From a virus: 64,000 nt of DNA. The notes below the pieces were generated by a model. That model did no database searches, was not told where the DNA came from, and worked only from the letters and a program-made list of their open reading frames with translations. The DNA is taken from the IMG/VR virus record IMGVR_UViG_3300042508_000910; one strand, given 5' to 3'. Shown here piece by piece: positions 9,634 to 20,040 of this stretch (the first letter of the stretch is position 1; each line of letters starts with the position of its first letter). Both the position numbers and the translations under genes were made by a program.

Positions 9634-10644
9634 ATGACGGATACAAGTTTAAAAATTGTATTCTCTGAGATAATAAAAGGATATTCCAAAAAGAATATCG
9701 AAGGATTCGGCACTTTATTTTTCAAACATATTAATAATCAAGATTCTGCTGATATAGACATATATAATCAGCAATTTGTTGAAAAAGCTAAAAAGATGGG
9801 CTTGCCAACAGAGAAAGATCAAGAAACATATCTTCTTAAAGAAGGCTTATGGGAAGAGTCTAAAAATAAAAGAATCAAAGAATTAGAGAATTTTATTATT
9901 AATCTAAGAACCACTAAATCTAAACTATATTTACAAGCCCAAATAGAGCAGATCAATAAAGAGATAGAGACAAATCAAAAAGAGCTATCTAAATTAAAAT
10001 TAGATAAAAAAGAATTAATTGGCTTCACAGTAGAAGATTATTCATTTAAGAAGATCAATGAGTATTATATGTTTGTTTCTTTATATAAGGATGAGAGCCT
10101 AAAAACTAGATTCTTTAATATTGATGATTATGAAGAGCTTGATAATAAAGAGATAATGAATCTTATTAGAGAATATAATGAAGTCAACATTAAATTTAAT
10201 GAAAAGAATTTAAAAAAGATAAGTCTTTCTAGTTATTTCTCTAATGTATTTTATTTAGCAAAAGATGATCCTTTTGTTTTTTATGGGAAACCCCTTGTTG
10301 AATTAAGTTTCTATCAAATAGAATTATTTAGTTATGCTAAATACTTCAAAGGTATTATATCTCAAGCCAAGAGTCGTCCATCTGAATATGTAATGTCTGA
10401 TCCAGACCGACTTATAGAATGGTTTGAAGGAACTAAAAATGCTGAAGAAGTATTAAATAAAAATAGTAAAGTTACTCAAAAGGATAATGTGGCGACATCT
10501 ATTGTAGGAGCCACATCAGAAGACTTGAAAAGATTAGGATTAAAAGAAGAGGATGATCCTAATACTATAGATTTAAATAAAGAAGCGGCCAAAAAGGGCG
10601 GTAAATTAAGCATGCAAGATCTTATCAAATTGCATGGTTTATAA
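9634..10644 (+). CDS. Putative tail assembly chaperone 2
   Basis: Coiled-coil, acidic, immediately before the tape measure gene. Confidence 0.45.
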   Translation: MTDTSLKIVFSEIIKGYSKKNIEGFGTLFFKHINNQDSADIDIYNQQFVEKAKKMGLPTEKDQETYLLKEGLWEESKNKRIKELENFIINLRTTKSKLYLQAQIEQINKEIETNQKELSKLKLDKKELIGFTVEDYSFKKINEYYMFVSLYKDESLKTRFFNIDDYEELDNKEIMNLIREYNEVNIKFNEKNLKKISLSSYFSNVFYLAKDDPFVFYGKPLVELSFYQIELFSYAKYFKGIISQAKSRPSEYVMSDPDRLIEWFEGTKNAEEVLNKNSKVTQKDNVATSIVGATSEDLKRLGLKEEDDPNTIDLNKEAAKKGGKLSMQDLIKLHGL

Positions 10645-10686
10645 GAGAAATATTATATATACAACCGTAATATTTTTCCAATAAAT

Positions 10687-10692
10687 GTGTAA
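10687..10692 (+). promoter_or_regulatory. GTGTAA putative late promoter
   Basis: TGTGTAATTT upstream of tape measure ATG 10715. Confidence 0.6.
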
Positions 10693-10714
10693 TTTATTAT
10701 AGGAAAAAGGCATT

Positions 10715-13700
10715 ATGGCTGGAAATATAGGAGATTTACAGTTTAATTTAACAGCAAATACATCCCAATTAGAAAGGGATGTAGCAGCAGCTTTAAGAAG
10801 ACTAGAGAGTAAAGGATTTAATCTTGGTGCTGGAATTAATGCTAGAGCATTTACTCAGCCTCTTGGTAGAATTACTGGCGCTGCAAACGAGTTCCAAAAA
10901 TCATTAGACGCTTCTAATGCTCGTGTTATTGCATTCGGTGCCTCTGCAGGAGCAATCTATAATGTCCAAAGAGCATTTACAGCATTAATTGGTAGTACCA
11001 TTGAGGTTCAAAAATCTTTAACAGATATTAATGTCATTTTAAATGCTAGCTCCAAAACTCTTGGTCAATTTGGTGATCAATTATTTGAAATAGCAAGAAA
11101 TAGTGGTCAAGCATTTTCTACTGTCGCTACTGCTGCTGGAGAGCTTGCTCGTCAAGGTTTAACAATAGAACAAACATTAAAAAGAACAAGTGACGCTCTT
11201 ATATTGGCTCGTCTTTCTGGATTAGATGCAGCTTCTAGCGTAGAAGCTTTAACAGCTTCGATTAATTCATTTAATCAATCCGCACTTGATTCAACTCAAA
11301 TTGTTAATAAATTAGCGAGTGTTGACGCTGCATTTGCAGTTAGTTCATCGGATCTTGCTGAAGCCTTAAAACGAGTTGGTAGTTCTGCTCAAGATGTTGG
11401 CGTTAGTTTTGATGAATTGTTAGCTATTGTTGCAAGCGTTAATCAAACTACAGCCCGAGGTGGAGCCGTTATTGGAAACTCATTAAAAACAATTTTCACT
11501 CGAATTCAAAGAACAGATGTTCTCGATCAGTTAGAATCTTTAGGAGTTGCTGTTAGAGATTTAGAAGGAAATACAGCTCCAGCGATTCAAGTTTTAACTG
11601 GTCTAGCTTCAAAATTTGATCAATTAGGAAGCGCACAAAAAGCACAAGTTGCAGAACTTGTCGGCGGCGTTTTCCAGATTAACGTATTAAAAGCCGCTTT
11701 AGGAGATTTGAGTCGAGAATATTCAGTCTTTGGTAACGCTTTAAAAGTTTCAACAAATGCAAGCGACGAAGCTATAAGAAGAAATGAAGAACTTAATAAA
11801 ACATTATCTGCATTATTAAATAGAACTGTAGCAAATCTAACAAAGGTCGGTAGTGAAATTGGCGGTTTAACTTTTGCTCCAGCTATTGAAAAAGTATTAA
11901 ATGGATTAAATACAGCTCTTGAAGGTTTTGATGTAAAAGGAGATAGCATAGGAAGTAAAATAGGAAAAGGAATCTTTGAAGGCATTGGGAGCTTTGTATC
12001 TGGTCCTGGACTTGCACTATTGATTGGCGTTTTCTTAAAAATATTTGGTAATCTAGCTAAATTTACAGGTGACGCTGCAAGAACTATTCTTGGATTAAAT
12101 AAAGAAGCTCAAGCACAAGCTCAAATACAAGAAAGAATTAATAATATTCTTGCTCAAAATCCACAACTTGTACAAAATATTTTAAATAAACAAACAACAC
12201 TCTTGCAAGTAGAAAGAGACATCTTAACAGTTATCCAAGCTCAATCTCAAGCTAGACAGCAAAGCGCTGCAGTTGCAACAAATATTAGCCGAGGTTTAAT
12301 ATCAAAAGGCGTAACAGTACAAGGTGGAGCAATTACCGCTAGAACAAAAAGTCAAGGATTTATTCCTAATTTTAGTGCTAATAGAGAGATTATGGGTGCT
12401 ATTTCTGGTGGATATATGCCTGGTCAAGTTCGTTCTATGAATATTCCTAACTATGGAAGAATAACTTACAACACAGCAGAAGAAGTTAAAAGATTTCCAG
12501 GATTATCTCAACCAGGAATTATGCCACCAGAAGGAAGTGAAGCAGGAAAAAATTATAAACAAAAATTTAAAAATAAATATGGAATTGATCCTTATGCAAG
12601 TAAAGGATTTGTTCCTAATTTTTTAAGTGCAGCACAAATTGCAGCAAGATTAAGGCGAAACGAAATGACTCAAGAAGAGGCTACAAGACTTGGTTATAAA
12701 TCTACGAAACAAAAACAAGCTGAAAGAACAACGCCTTCTGGAATTCCTGTTTCATCTCTTTCTCCTCTTTTAGCTCTAAGATCTACTGGTGGAAAACAAG
12801 GGTATACTTTTAAACCAAAAGATGGACCACAAGTAAATGTCACTTTTCCAGTTATACCATTTGATCAGCAATCTACTGGATTTAAACTTTCAGATTTACG
12901 AACAAATCTAGATAAAGTAATAGATAAATCTATCTCTGATTTTGCCACAAGTATATACAAAAGTAGAGAATTAACACCACCAATTGATCTTCCTTCAACT
13001 ATTGAGCAAGCCAGAAAACAAGCAGATGGTTTATCTGGTTCCATAGAGGGAACAATTGGTGGAATTTTTGAATCCGCATTTCGTGCTGCATTTGGTCGTA
13101 GCGTAAAAGCAACAAAAGGTGGAGCTAATTTTGATGTAGCTAAAATACCAAAAGATCTTGGTATATTTTTCCCAGGAGCTGTTACTGGTATTCCTGGAGA
13201 TTTTAAAAGTTCTGATAGTGATGAAAATCGTAGAAGTATGGCTTTAAAAGTATTAAGTAATCAGCAGCCAGCTTTATATAGTTTACTTACTAAAAGGACA
13301 GCCTCTCAAGGTTTTATTCCTAATTTTTCTCCTTTAGAAAAAGCTTTTAGCACAGAGAAAAGTCTTGGCGGAAAGCCAACTCTTGATTATAAAGAAGGCC
13401 TTGGTCTTTATGTTAGAGATGGTAAGACTCAACCTAACTTTGCAGCAGTAATGCGCGATCATCCAGAAGGCATGCAAAGAGCGATTAAGAATTCTAAAAT
13501 GATGCAAGGTATGTATGGTTCAGGAGGATTTATACCAAATTTCCAAGCTTTAGATCCAATGAGTATTTTCTTTCTTGCTCAAAGTTTCTTAGGAGGTGGC
13601 GGTAGAGACGCAGGAGAAGCAGAACAAATAAAATTAGAACAGAAAAGATATAGGGATCTTCTTAAAGAAAGAAATCTTAATTTGAGAGTGCTGAAAGAAC

Positions 13701-16700
13701 TTGAGAATGCAGCCGTTAGAGATGAAAAAGCTATCAGTTATGCAAGGCAAGAATATAATACATCTTTATCTAATTTAGCTCAATATCAAAAACAAGCAAG
13801 ACTAGAGGGACCAATCTTTACTGGAAGAGGTGCAACACAAGCTCAAAGAGCAGCTGATTTTGCAAGAAGAGGTGGAGTAGGTGGAGCTTTTGGTAGATTT
13901 GGCGCAAGATATGGTTCTGGTATTGCGCTTGCAGCACCACTTGCTACAGGTGTAGCTTCTCAATTTGTAGGAGATGATGTTACAAGAGTCGGCAGAGCAC
14001 AGAAAGCAGGTGTTACAGGACTTGGAACAGTAGCTTCTTTCGCTGGATTAGGAGCATTAGTTGGTGGCCCAATTGGAGCGGGTGTGGGAGCTACTGTCGG
14101 TGCAGGTATAGCTATATATGATGTATTTAAACAACTCAAAGATATAATGCCAGAAGTTGCAAAAGAAATAGAAGATGCAAATGAAAGATTTAATAATCTT
14201 AGCGCTGGAGCACAAGCATTAAATACATCTCTTGAGACGTTAAGGACAGTACAAGAAAGAAGCGATATTTCAGCAGAAACTCGTGCAAAATTAGTAGTTA
14301 AAGCAAATGAAGATTTTGCAAATGGACTAAATCAAATTGCTCTTGCCTCAAAACCTGCTGCAGATGAAATTTTAAAATTATATCAAACTCTTGGGGATAC
14401 TCCAGATCTTAGAGAAAGAATTAATTTAGAGTTAGCAAAATCTAGAGATATTTTAGATGTTTCTCAAAGTAAAGGTGGATTCATTAAAAGCTCTAAAGAT
14501 CTAGAAGGTTTACTCGATAGATTTGGTCCAGGATTCTTAACAGGCACAAAAGGTGTTTCAGATTTAAATGCAGAAGAATTAACAAGATATAGAGGTTTAA
14601 TAGGTCAACAAGCTCAATCTCTTTCAAAATATTTTGAAGGTATTACTGGTCGTGAACTAGATGTAAAAGGAATAGAAGATCTTAAAAGAATATATCAAGA
14701 AAGTAGCGGAAACCTTGATAAAATTAAACAAGGACTCTTAGGTTTAGATATACCAGCTAGCCAAGCAGAAGCTATTATTGCTCTTTTAGGAGAAGGAAAA
14801 GGTGATCTTTCTCCAGTATTTGATGCGATGTTAGAGATAGAGAAACGCATGCAAGCAATTAGAGATGCTCAAGCAAATATGCAAACTGAAATAGCAAGAG
14901 GAGCAAGACCAATTACAAATATAGCAGAATTACAACAAGCATTTCAAAGACCAGGCGGAATAACATCTACAGCTTTAGGAAGAATAGATTATAGGCAATT
15001 AAATGAAGGATTAGGAATAGAAAGAAATAAAGCGTTTACTCAAGATGCTATTAGTCAATTTACGACGCTAAGTAATGAAGTTGGAAATACTTCCAAAGGT
15101 ATTGAATTAATGAAAGGCTTTGTGGAGGAAGCGGCAAAAGCCCAGAAAGAATATAATGATGGAGTTATAACATTAACTCAAGCAAGCGAAAAATTAAAAT
15201 ATACTTTTGATAAAATCATGTTCTCTCAAAATGAATCAAGAATGTTTAGTGATGAAAGAGCACAAGCAGCTATGGATCTTAGACGTTCTGCTTTAAGACA
15301 AGGTAATTTTGCAGAAGGTTTTGCACCTGCCGCTTCATTCTTTGATAAATTTGGTGATAATGCAATTACAACAGCAGATAAAATTAATCAATCTTTTGCT
15401 AATCTTGCTGAAAATATGCAAACAGGATTTGAAGATGCATTTGGTGCATTTATAGATGGTACAAAAAGTGCAGAAGATGCATTTAGAGATTTTGCATTAA
15501 ATTTAGCTCAACAAACTATTAAAGAACAATTTAGTATTGGTTTAAGAAGTTTATTAGGTAATTTAACAGGAGGTGGTGGAGCTGCTACAGGTATTGGTGG
15601 AGGTGGTGGAATAGGTGGATTTTTGAATAATATTTTTGGAGGCGGCGGAGGAGGTGGAGGTGGTCTATTTGGTTTTGCAAGTGGTGGTAGAGTAAGAAAA
15701 TATAGTGGTGGTGGCTATGTTGATGGTGGAAGTGGAGTAAGAGATGATGTTCCTGCAATGCTAACAGATGGTGAATATGTATTAAGAAAAAGCGCAGTTA
15801 ATAGATATGGTCTTGGTATGTTAAATATGTTAAATGGTGGCGGAAGAGTAAGAGGATTTGCGACAGGAGGATCAGTTAGTGCTTTATTACAAAATGCTTA
15901 TGATTTTTATGGTGTTGCAGGAGAAAGATTAACAACCCAATATACTCCAGAAGCTTTTGCAACTACGGTAACTGGACCAGAACAATTAGGAAATGTACCA
16001 GCCCTAACTGGAAGATTCAACATCTCAGATCTTTTAAGTTCTCGTGCAATGGTAAATGAAGATAATCCAATGGTAGCATTAAGAAACGAAAGGTTTCTTG
16101 GAATGCAAAATTATCAACAACAAGTAGCTAATTTTAAAACAGGCTATAATGAACAAATGCGTCAAGTTGAAGAAGCTAGAAGAAGAGCTCAAGAAGAAGC
16201 AGATAGAATTAATTCAGAAAGAATGGCGGCTTACAATAGACAAAGAACAGGAACTTTAATTGGTGGTTTACTTAATGTAGGTTTACAAGCTTTTGGTGGA
16301 CTCTCTTCTTTAGGTGGTGGACTAGGTGGACTTGGCGGTGGTGGAGGTGGTGGATTAAATATTGGAGGTTTATTTCAAGATATCGCTGGAAGAGCTATTG
16401 GCTTCGTACAGAATGCTATTACTGGAGGTGGTGGAATGTCTGGAGGAACTGTAGGAGGTATTTCACCTGAACAACAAAAATATATGTCAGAACAGATTCG
16501 TCAAGGTCAAAGAGCTGGATATCAAGATCCATTTAGGCAACAAGCTCAATTATTTCCTCAATTTGGAGGAGCAGGAGGATATGGTGGCGGATTTGGCGGA
16601 AGTATGTTTGCTCAACCATCTTCTAGTTTTGGAGGATTTCAATATAATGTAGGATTAGGTACACCAGCAGGATTTCAAACTCAGTTTCAAAGTCCATTAG

Positions 16701-18814
16701 ATTTCTATAGAACAAATTTTGCTAATCCTGTTGCACCATTAACATATGGTCGTGGTAATCTTATTATCGCTACAAATCCTTATGATCGCACAGGACAATT
16801 TTATGCTAAAGGTGGATTAGTTAAAGGATATCAAACTGGTGGCAAAGTTGAATCATTTGTAAATAGATATTATCCTTACGCTGTTCAAGCCGCTCAAAGA
16901 TTAGGAACATCTCCAGAAGCTTTATTAGCTCAATTAGCTCTTGAGAGTGGATATGGAACTTCTAAATTATCAGCATCAAATAATCTAGGAGGATTAACTG
17001 CTGGTCGTGGATATAAGGGAAGCACAGTTGCTTTACCAGCAAATAGATTTGATAAAAATGTTGGAATATATGGTAATAGAACATATAGATCTTATGCTAG
17101 TACTCAAGAGTTTTTTGATGATTATGTTGCATTTTTATCCAAAGATAGGTACAAAGGAACATTAGGAATTACTGATCCTGGAGCTAGAGCATCAGCGTTA
17201 ATGAGAGCAGGATATGTTGCTGGAGATCCTAATTATGCTGCAAAAATACAAAGAATTGCTGGAAGATTGCAGCCTGTAATTTCACAGAATGTATTAGGTG
17301 GCTCCACAATGATTGCAGATTATAGAAATATACAGAATCAATTAGATCGCGCTGTTAAATATGCATCTAATGTGGGTCGTAGCAATTTAATGTCAACAGA
17401 AGTTGATCCAGAAGGAGCTTTTATAACTCGTGGCGCAAACATTTCTCAAAGAGCTCCACAGCAAATGGCAGGATTTTCATTTAGATTGCCTCAAATGTTT
17501 GGTACTTTAGATACACCAGTAAGAAATCCATTTGCAGAGGCTAATGCTCCATTTTTTAGACCTTCTGGCGCTCCATTAAAAGGTCCAGTTAGTACTAGAG
17601 GCTATAGTGGACCTTACGTTGGTCCTGGTCGTGGAGGATATCCATCCTATGAAGCTATTAAGGCTAGAGTTCAAAGTGGTCAAGGCGCTGGTGGAGCAGG
17701 TTCTTTGTTTCCAGATTATAATAAAGCTGCTTTAGATTATTGGTCAAATCAAATTTTTGGTGGTGCAGGATTAGCTGCTGGTCGTTTAGGTGGAACAACT
17801 CCAAGTCTTTATCAAGATGTAGGAAGTCTTTTAGACACAAGAGATCGTGGAAATTATGCAAGAGTAGCATCAAGATTTGCTCCATTCTATGGTGGCACAG
17901 CACAGAATAGATTCTTGTATCAACCATCTCCATCAAATTTTGGTCAAACAGGATTTAACAATTATTTAAAATATATTGGTTTAAATCCATTAACAACAAG
18001 TTTAGATTCATTAGCTTCTTATCGTGCCCCAATGACTCCTGGAATGTATAGTCCATATGCATTTGCAAGTAGTTATTTTGGTGGTTTTGGTGGATCAGGT
18101 TATCAATCAGGCTTCAGTTCCACAGGAAATGTATTTAGTAATTATTTCTCAACAGGTAGTAGATTAGGTATAACACCAAGTTGGCAAGCAAGAGCAACTG
18201 GTGGACCAATATATGGTGGCTCTTCATACAGAGACGATGTACCAGCTATGCTTATGGGTGGAGAATATGTTATTCGTAAAGATGTTGTTGATAGAATGGG
18301 CCAACCATTTTTTGATAGATTAAATCGTGGTCAAATGAATTTTGCAGAAGGTGGCCCAGTAGGTACTGGCTTACCTTCAATAGGAGTTGGCGGAGAAGGC
18401 AACGGACAACAAGATAATTCAAGAGTTCAATTTATTGAAGCTTTAACAAAACTTTTAAGATCGCTCGATCAACTAAACAAAACAGTAGAAGAGCAAACTC
18501 GTCAACAGAGAGATACAAAAGAATCTCAAGTTACCTCAACAGAAACAGAAACTAGTGGCGGTGGAGTAACTAATAATATTACTATTAGTGTCAATGTTGA
18601 TCAAAATGGTAAAACAACTGATACACAGAAACAAGAGAATCAAGACAGCAGCGGAAACGATATGAATGATCAAGAGAAGTTTAAGAAGACTCTTGAAAGA
18701 TCCAGAATGCTTTCTGAAATGTTAAGACAACAAGTATTAAAGGTTATTGTAGAAGAACAGCGTCCAGGTGGAGTATTATATCAAGGCTCTAAGGGACGCG
18801 ATATGGGTCGCTAA
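10715..18814 (+). CDS. Tape measure protein (TP901-type core) with GH73 glucosaminidase-like domain
   Basis: TMP core (ELARQGL..., DLAEALKRVGSSA..GVSFDELLAI...TARGGAVIGNSLKTIFTR); Gly-rich hydrophobic segments; DDVPAML..GEYV motifs; AQLALESGYG...NNLGG...GYVAGDPNY GH73 motifs at about 16850-17270. Confidence 0.92.
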   Translation: MAGNIGDLQFNLTANTSQLERDVAAALRRLESKGFNLGAGINARAFTQPLGRITGAANEFQKSLDASNARVIAFGASAGAIYNVQRAFTALIGSTIEVQKSLTDINVILNASSKTLGQFGDQLFEIARNSGQAFSTVATAAGELARQGLTIEQTLKRTSDALILARLSGLDAASSVEALTASINSFNQSALDSTQIVNKLASVDAAFAVSSSDLAEALKRVGSSAQDVGVSFDELLAIVASVNQTTARGGAVIGNSLKTIFTRIQRTDVLDQLESLGVAVRDLEGNTAPAIQVLTGLASKFDQLGSAQKAQVAELVGGVFQINVLKAALGDLSREYSVFGNALKVSTNASDEAIRRNEELNKTLSALLNRTVANLTKVGSEIGGLTFAPAIEKVLNGLNTALEGFDVKGDSIGSKIGKGIFEGIGSFVSGPGLALLIGVFLKIFGNLAKFTGDAARTILGLNKEAQAQAQIQERINNILAQNPQLVQNILNKQTTLLQVERDILTVIQAQSQARQQSAAVATNISRGLISKGVTVQGGAITARTKSQGFIPNFSANREIMGAISGGYMPGQVRSMNIPNYGRITYNTAEEVKRFPGLSQPGIMPPEGSEAGKNYKQKFKNKYGIDPYASKGFVPNFLSAAQIAARLRRNEMTQEEATRLGYKSTKQKQAERTTPSGIPVSSLSPLLALRSTGGKQGYTFKPKDGPQVNVTFPVIPFDQQSTGFKLSDLRTNLDKVIDKSISDFATSIYKSRELTPPIDLPSTIEQARKQADGLSGSIEGTIGGIFESAFRAAFGRSVKATKGGANFDVAKIPKDLGIFFPGAVTGIPGDFKSSDSDENRRSMALKVLSNQQPALYSLLTKRTASQGFIPNFSPLEKAFSTEKSLGGKPTLDYKEGLGLYVRDGKTQPNFAAVMRDHPEGMQRAIKNSKMMQGMYGSGGFIPNFQALDPMSIFFLAQSFLGGGGRDAGEAEQIKLEQKRYRDLLKERNLNLRVLKELENAAVRDEKAISYARQEYNTSLSNLAQYQKQARLEGPIFTGRGATQAQRAADFARRGGVGGAFGRFGARYGSGIALAAPLATGVASQFVGDDVTRVGRAQKAGVTGLGTVASFAGLGALVGGPIGAGVGATVGAGIAIYDVFKQLKDIMPEVAKEIEDANERFNNLSAGAQALNTSLETLRTVQERSDISAETRAKLVVKANEDFANGLNQIALASKPAADEILKLYQTLGDTPDLRERINLELAKSRDILDVSQSKGGFIKSSKDLEGLLDRFGPGFLTGTKGVSDLNAEELTRYRGLIGQQAQSLSKYFEGITGRELDVKGIEDLKRIYQESSGNLDKIKQGLLGLDIPASQAEAIIALLGEGKGDLSPVFDAMLEIEKRMQAIRDAQANMQTEIARGARPITNIAELQQAFQRPGGITSTALGRIDYRQLNEGLGIERNKAFTQDAISQFTTLSNEVGNTSKGIELMKGFVEEAAKAQKEYNDGVITLTQASEKLKYTFDKIMFSQNESRMFSDERAQAAMDLRRSALRQGNFAEGFAPAASFFDKFGDNAITTADKINQSFANLAENMQTGFEDAFGAFIDGTKSAEDAFRDFALNLAQQTIKEQFSIGLRSLLGNLTGGGGAATGIGGGGGIGGFLNNIFGGGGGGGGGLFGFASGGRVRKYSGGGYVDGGSGVRDDVPAMLTDGEYVLRKSAVNRYGLGMLNMLNGGGRVRGFATGGSVSALLQNAYDFYGVAGERLTTQYTPEAFATTVTGPEQLGNVPALTGRFNISDLLSSRAMVNEDNPMVALRNERFLGMQNYQQQVANFKTGYNEQMRQVEEARRRAQEEADRINSERMAAYNRQRTGTLIGGLLNVGLQAFGGLSSLGGGLGGLGGGGGGGLNIGGLFQDIAGRAIGFVQNAITGGGGMSGGTVGGISPEQQKYMSEQIRQGQRAGYQDPFRQQAQLFPQFGGAGGYGGGFGGSMFAQPSSSFGGFQYNVGLGTPAGFQTQFQSPLDFYRTNFANPVAPLTYGRGNLIIATNPYDRTGQFYAKGGLVKGYQTGGKVESFVNRYYPYAVQAAQRLGTSPEALLAQLALESGYGTSKLSASNNLGGLTAGRGYKGSTVALPANRFDKNVGIYGNRTYRSYASTQEFFDDYVAFLSKDRYKGTLGITDPGARASALMRAGYVAGDPNYAAKIQRIAGRLQPVISQNVLGGSTMIADYRNIQNQLDRAVKYASNVGRSNLMSTEVDPEGAFITRGANISQRAPQQMAGFSFRLPQMFGTLDTPVRNPFAEANAPFFRPSGAPLKGPVSTRGYSGPYVGPGRGGYPSYEAIKARVQSGQGAGGAGSLFPDYNKAALDYWSNQIFGGAGLAAGRLGGTTPSLYQDVGSLLDTRDRGNYARVASRFAPFYGGTAQNRFLYQPSPSNFGQTGFNNYLKYIGLNPLTTSLDSLASYRAPMTPGMYSPYAFASSYFGGFGGSGYQSGFSSTGNVFSNYFSTGSRLGITPSWQARATGGPIYGGSSYRDDVPAMLMGGEYVIRKDVVDRMGQPFFDRLNRGQMNFAEGGPVGTGLPSIGVGGEGNGQQDNSRVQFIEALTKLLRSLDQLNKTVEEQTRQQRDTKESQVTSTETETSGGGVTNNITISVNVDQNGKTTDTQKQENQDSSGNDMNDQEKFKKTLERSRMLSEMLRQQVLKVIVEEQRPGGVLYQGSKGRDMGR

Positions 18815-20040
18815 GTTATATATTGATTTAAATGTGACATTAAACCACTAACTCTAAGATTTAATTTATTTAGATCTATGCCTGATCCTACTGAATAAAA
18901 ACTAATACGAGCATTTGTATTTGCAGCATTACCAGCCGTAAGTGAATTTATTTTAAATATTGTATCATTAATTCCTAGTCTTGGATCAGCTGAGATAGAT
19001 GAACTAATTGTTCCAGTAAAACCTGTTCCTAATATAAAGCTTAAATTAGTGCTATTACTTCTAGAAACGCCATAGAAACCAGTTATCCTATCTATAGCTA
19101 TTGAAGTTCTAGAACCACCTCCATTATTATCAAAAAAGAGTCCATTATTAAAAAATCTATAATCTAAAGATATACCTGCTCCTGTTACTGGAAATGAGTT
19201 TGCTCCGAAAAAACTATGTTGACTTAGATTTCCAGATGGAGCTTCTGTAATAAATATAGAAATATGTTTACTATCTGCTGGATCTTGATTGCTAGCTCTA
19301 TTAGTATTTAACCATCTGGATGGACTAGATCCTCCACTACCTTTAATTCCACTTTTACGTAAGTATGAAGATGGAGCAAAAATATTTCCAGCTTCTCCAT
19401 CTCTGAATGGAGCGGGTCCTTTAAGAGGGACTAAAGCTCCAGTTATTGATCTTGCTGCGCCTAAAATACAACAACTTTTTATTGAACTCCAAATACCATC
19501 CGCTTTGCATCCTGTTACAAAAGATGTAATACCTGAGATAACGCTACTTTCTAAAGTTTGACCATCAGCGAGTTCTACAGCTGATACGTAATTTGTAATA
19601 GTATTATCTGGAGTTATTGTTAAATAACCAGTTCTATAATCAAAATTATAATTAATTCCAGAGCCACCGCTAGCTAAAATAGGATATGTGCCAGTTGGTG
19701 AATCAATTGTGGCTGTAGTATAACCAATGGGTAATGTTGTAATATTTCCACTATTTTGGCCATAAACGAATCCGCTAATATTGACAGTAAAGCTAGGTAA
19801 ACTATCTCCACTAATCATTGTTTGATTATTAGGTAAGACAACTAAAATCTTCTTATTAATATCAAAATTCTTAAAACCAGTATTATAATATACACCACTA
19901 AAACCCGACCAATTTATACCTACATTTCCAACACCAGTAATATATCCACTATATCCAATTATATATAATATATTATTATTGGTAGAGCTAAAATAGCCAG
20001 TAGTCATATTGTTTGTGTATGAGAAAAGATTAATCGCCAT
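18811..20040 (-). CDS. Virion protein: MBG domain plus lectin-like domain related to the 1-4 kb array
   Basis: N-terminal MBG-like repeat; NYVSAVELADG...ITSFVTGCKADGIWSSI resembles the array N-terminal block. Confidence 0.55.
   Translation of the reverse strand: MAINLFSYTNNMTTGYFSSTNNNILYIIGYSGYITGVGNVGINWSGFSGVYYNTGFKNFDINKKILVVLPNNQTMISGDSLPSFTVNISGFVYGQNSGNITTLPIGYTTATIDSPTGTYPILASGGSGINYNFDYRTGYLTITPDNTITNYVSAVELADGQTLESSVISGITSFVTGCKADGIWSSIKSCCILGAARSITGALVPLKGPAPFRDGEAGNIFAPSSYLRKSGIKGSGGSSPSRWLNTNRASNQDPADSKHISIFITEAPSGNLSQHSFFGANSFPVTGAGISLDYRFFNNGLFFDNNGGGSRTSIAIDRITGFYGVSRSNSTNLSFILGTGFTGTISSSISADPRLGINDTIFKINSLTAGNAANTNARISFYSVGSGIDLNKLNLRVSGLMSHLNQYIT

Noticed and set aside
9600-9640. 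Programmed -1 frameshift between the two putative tail chaperone genes
   Set aside because: The second ORF is in the -1 frame, but an in-frame TGA at 9631-9633 precedes its ATG and no canonical slippery heptamer is present
15570-16460. GGN-rich DNA as a regulatory repeat or G-quadruplex
   Set aside because: Explained by poly-Gly coding in the tape measure protein
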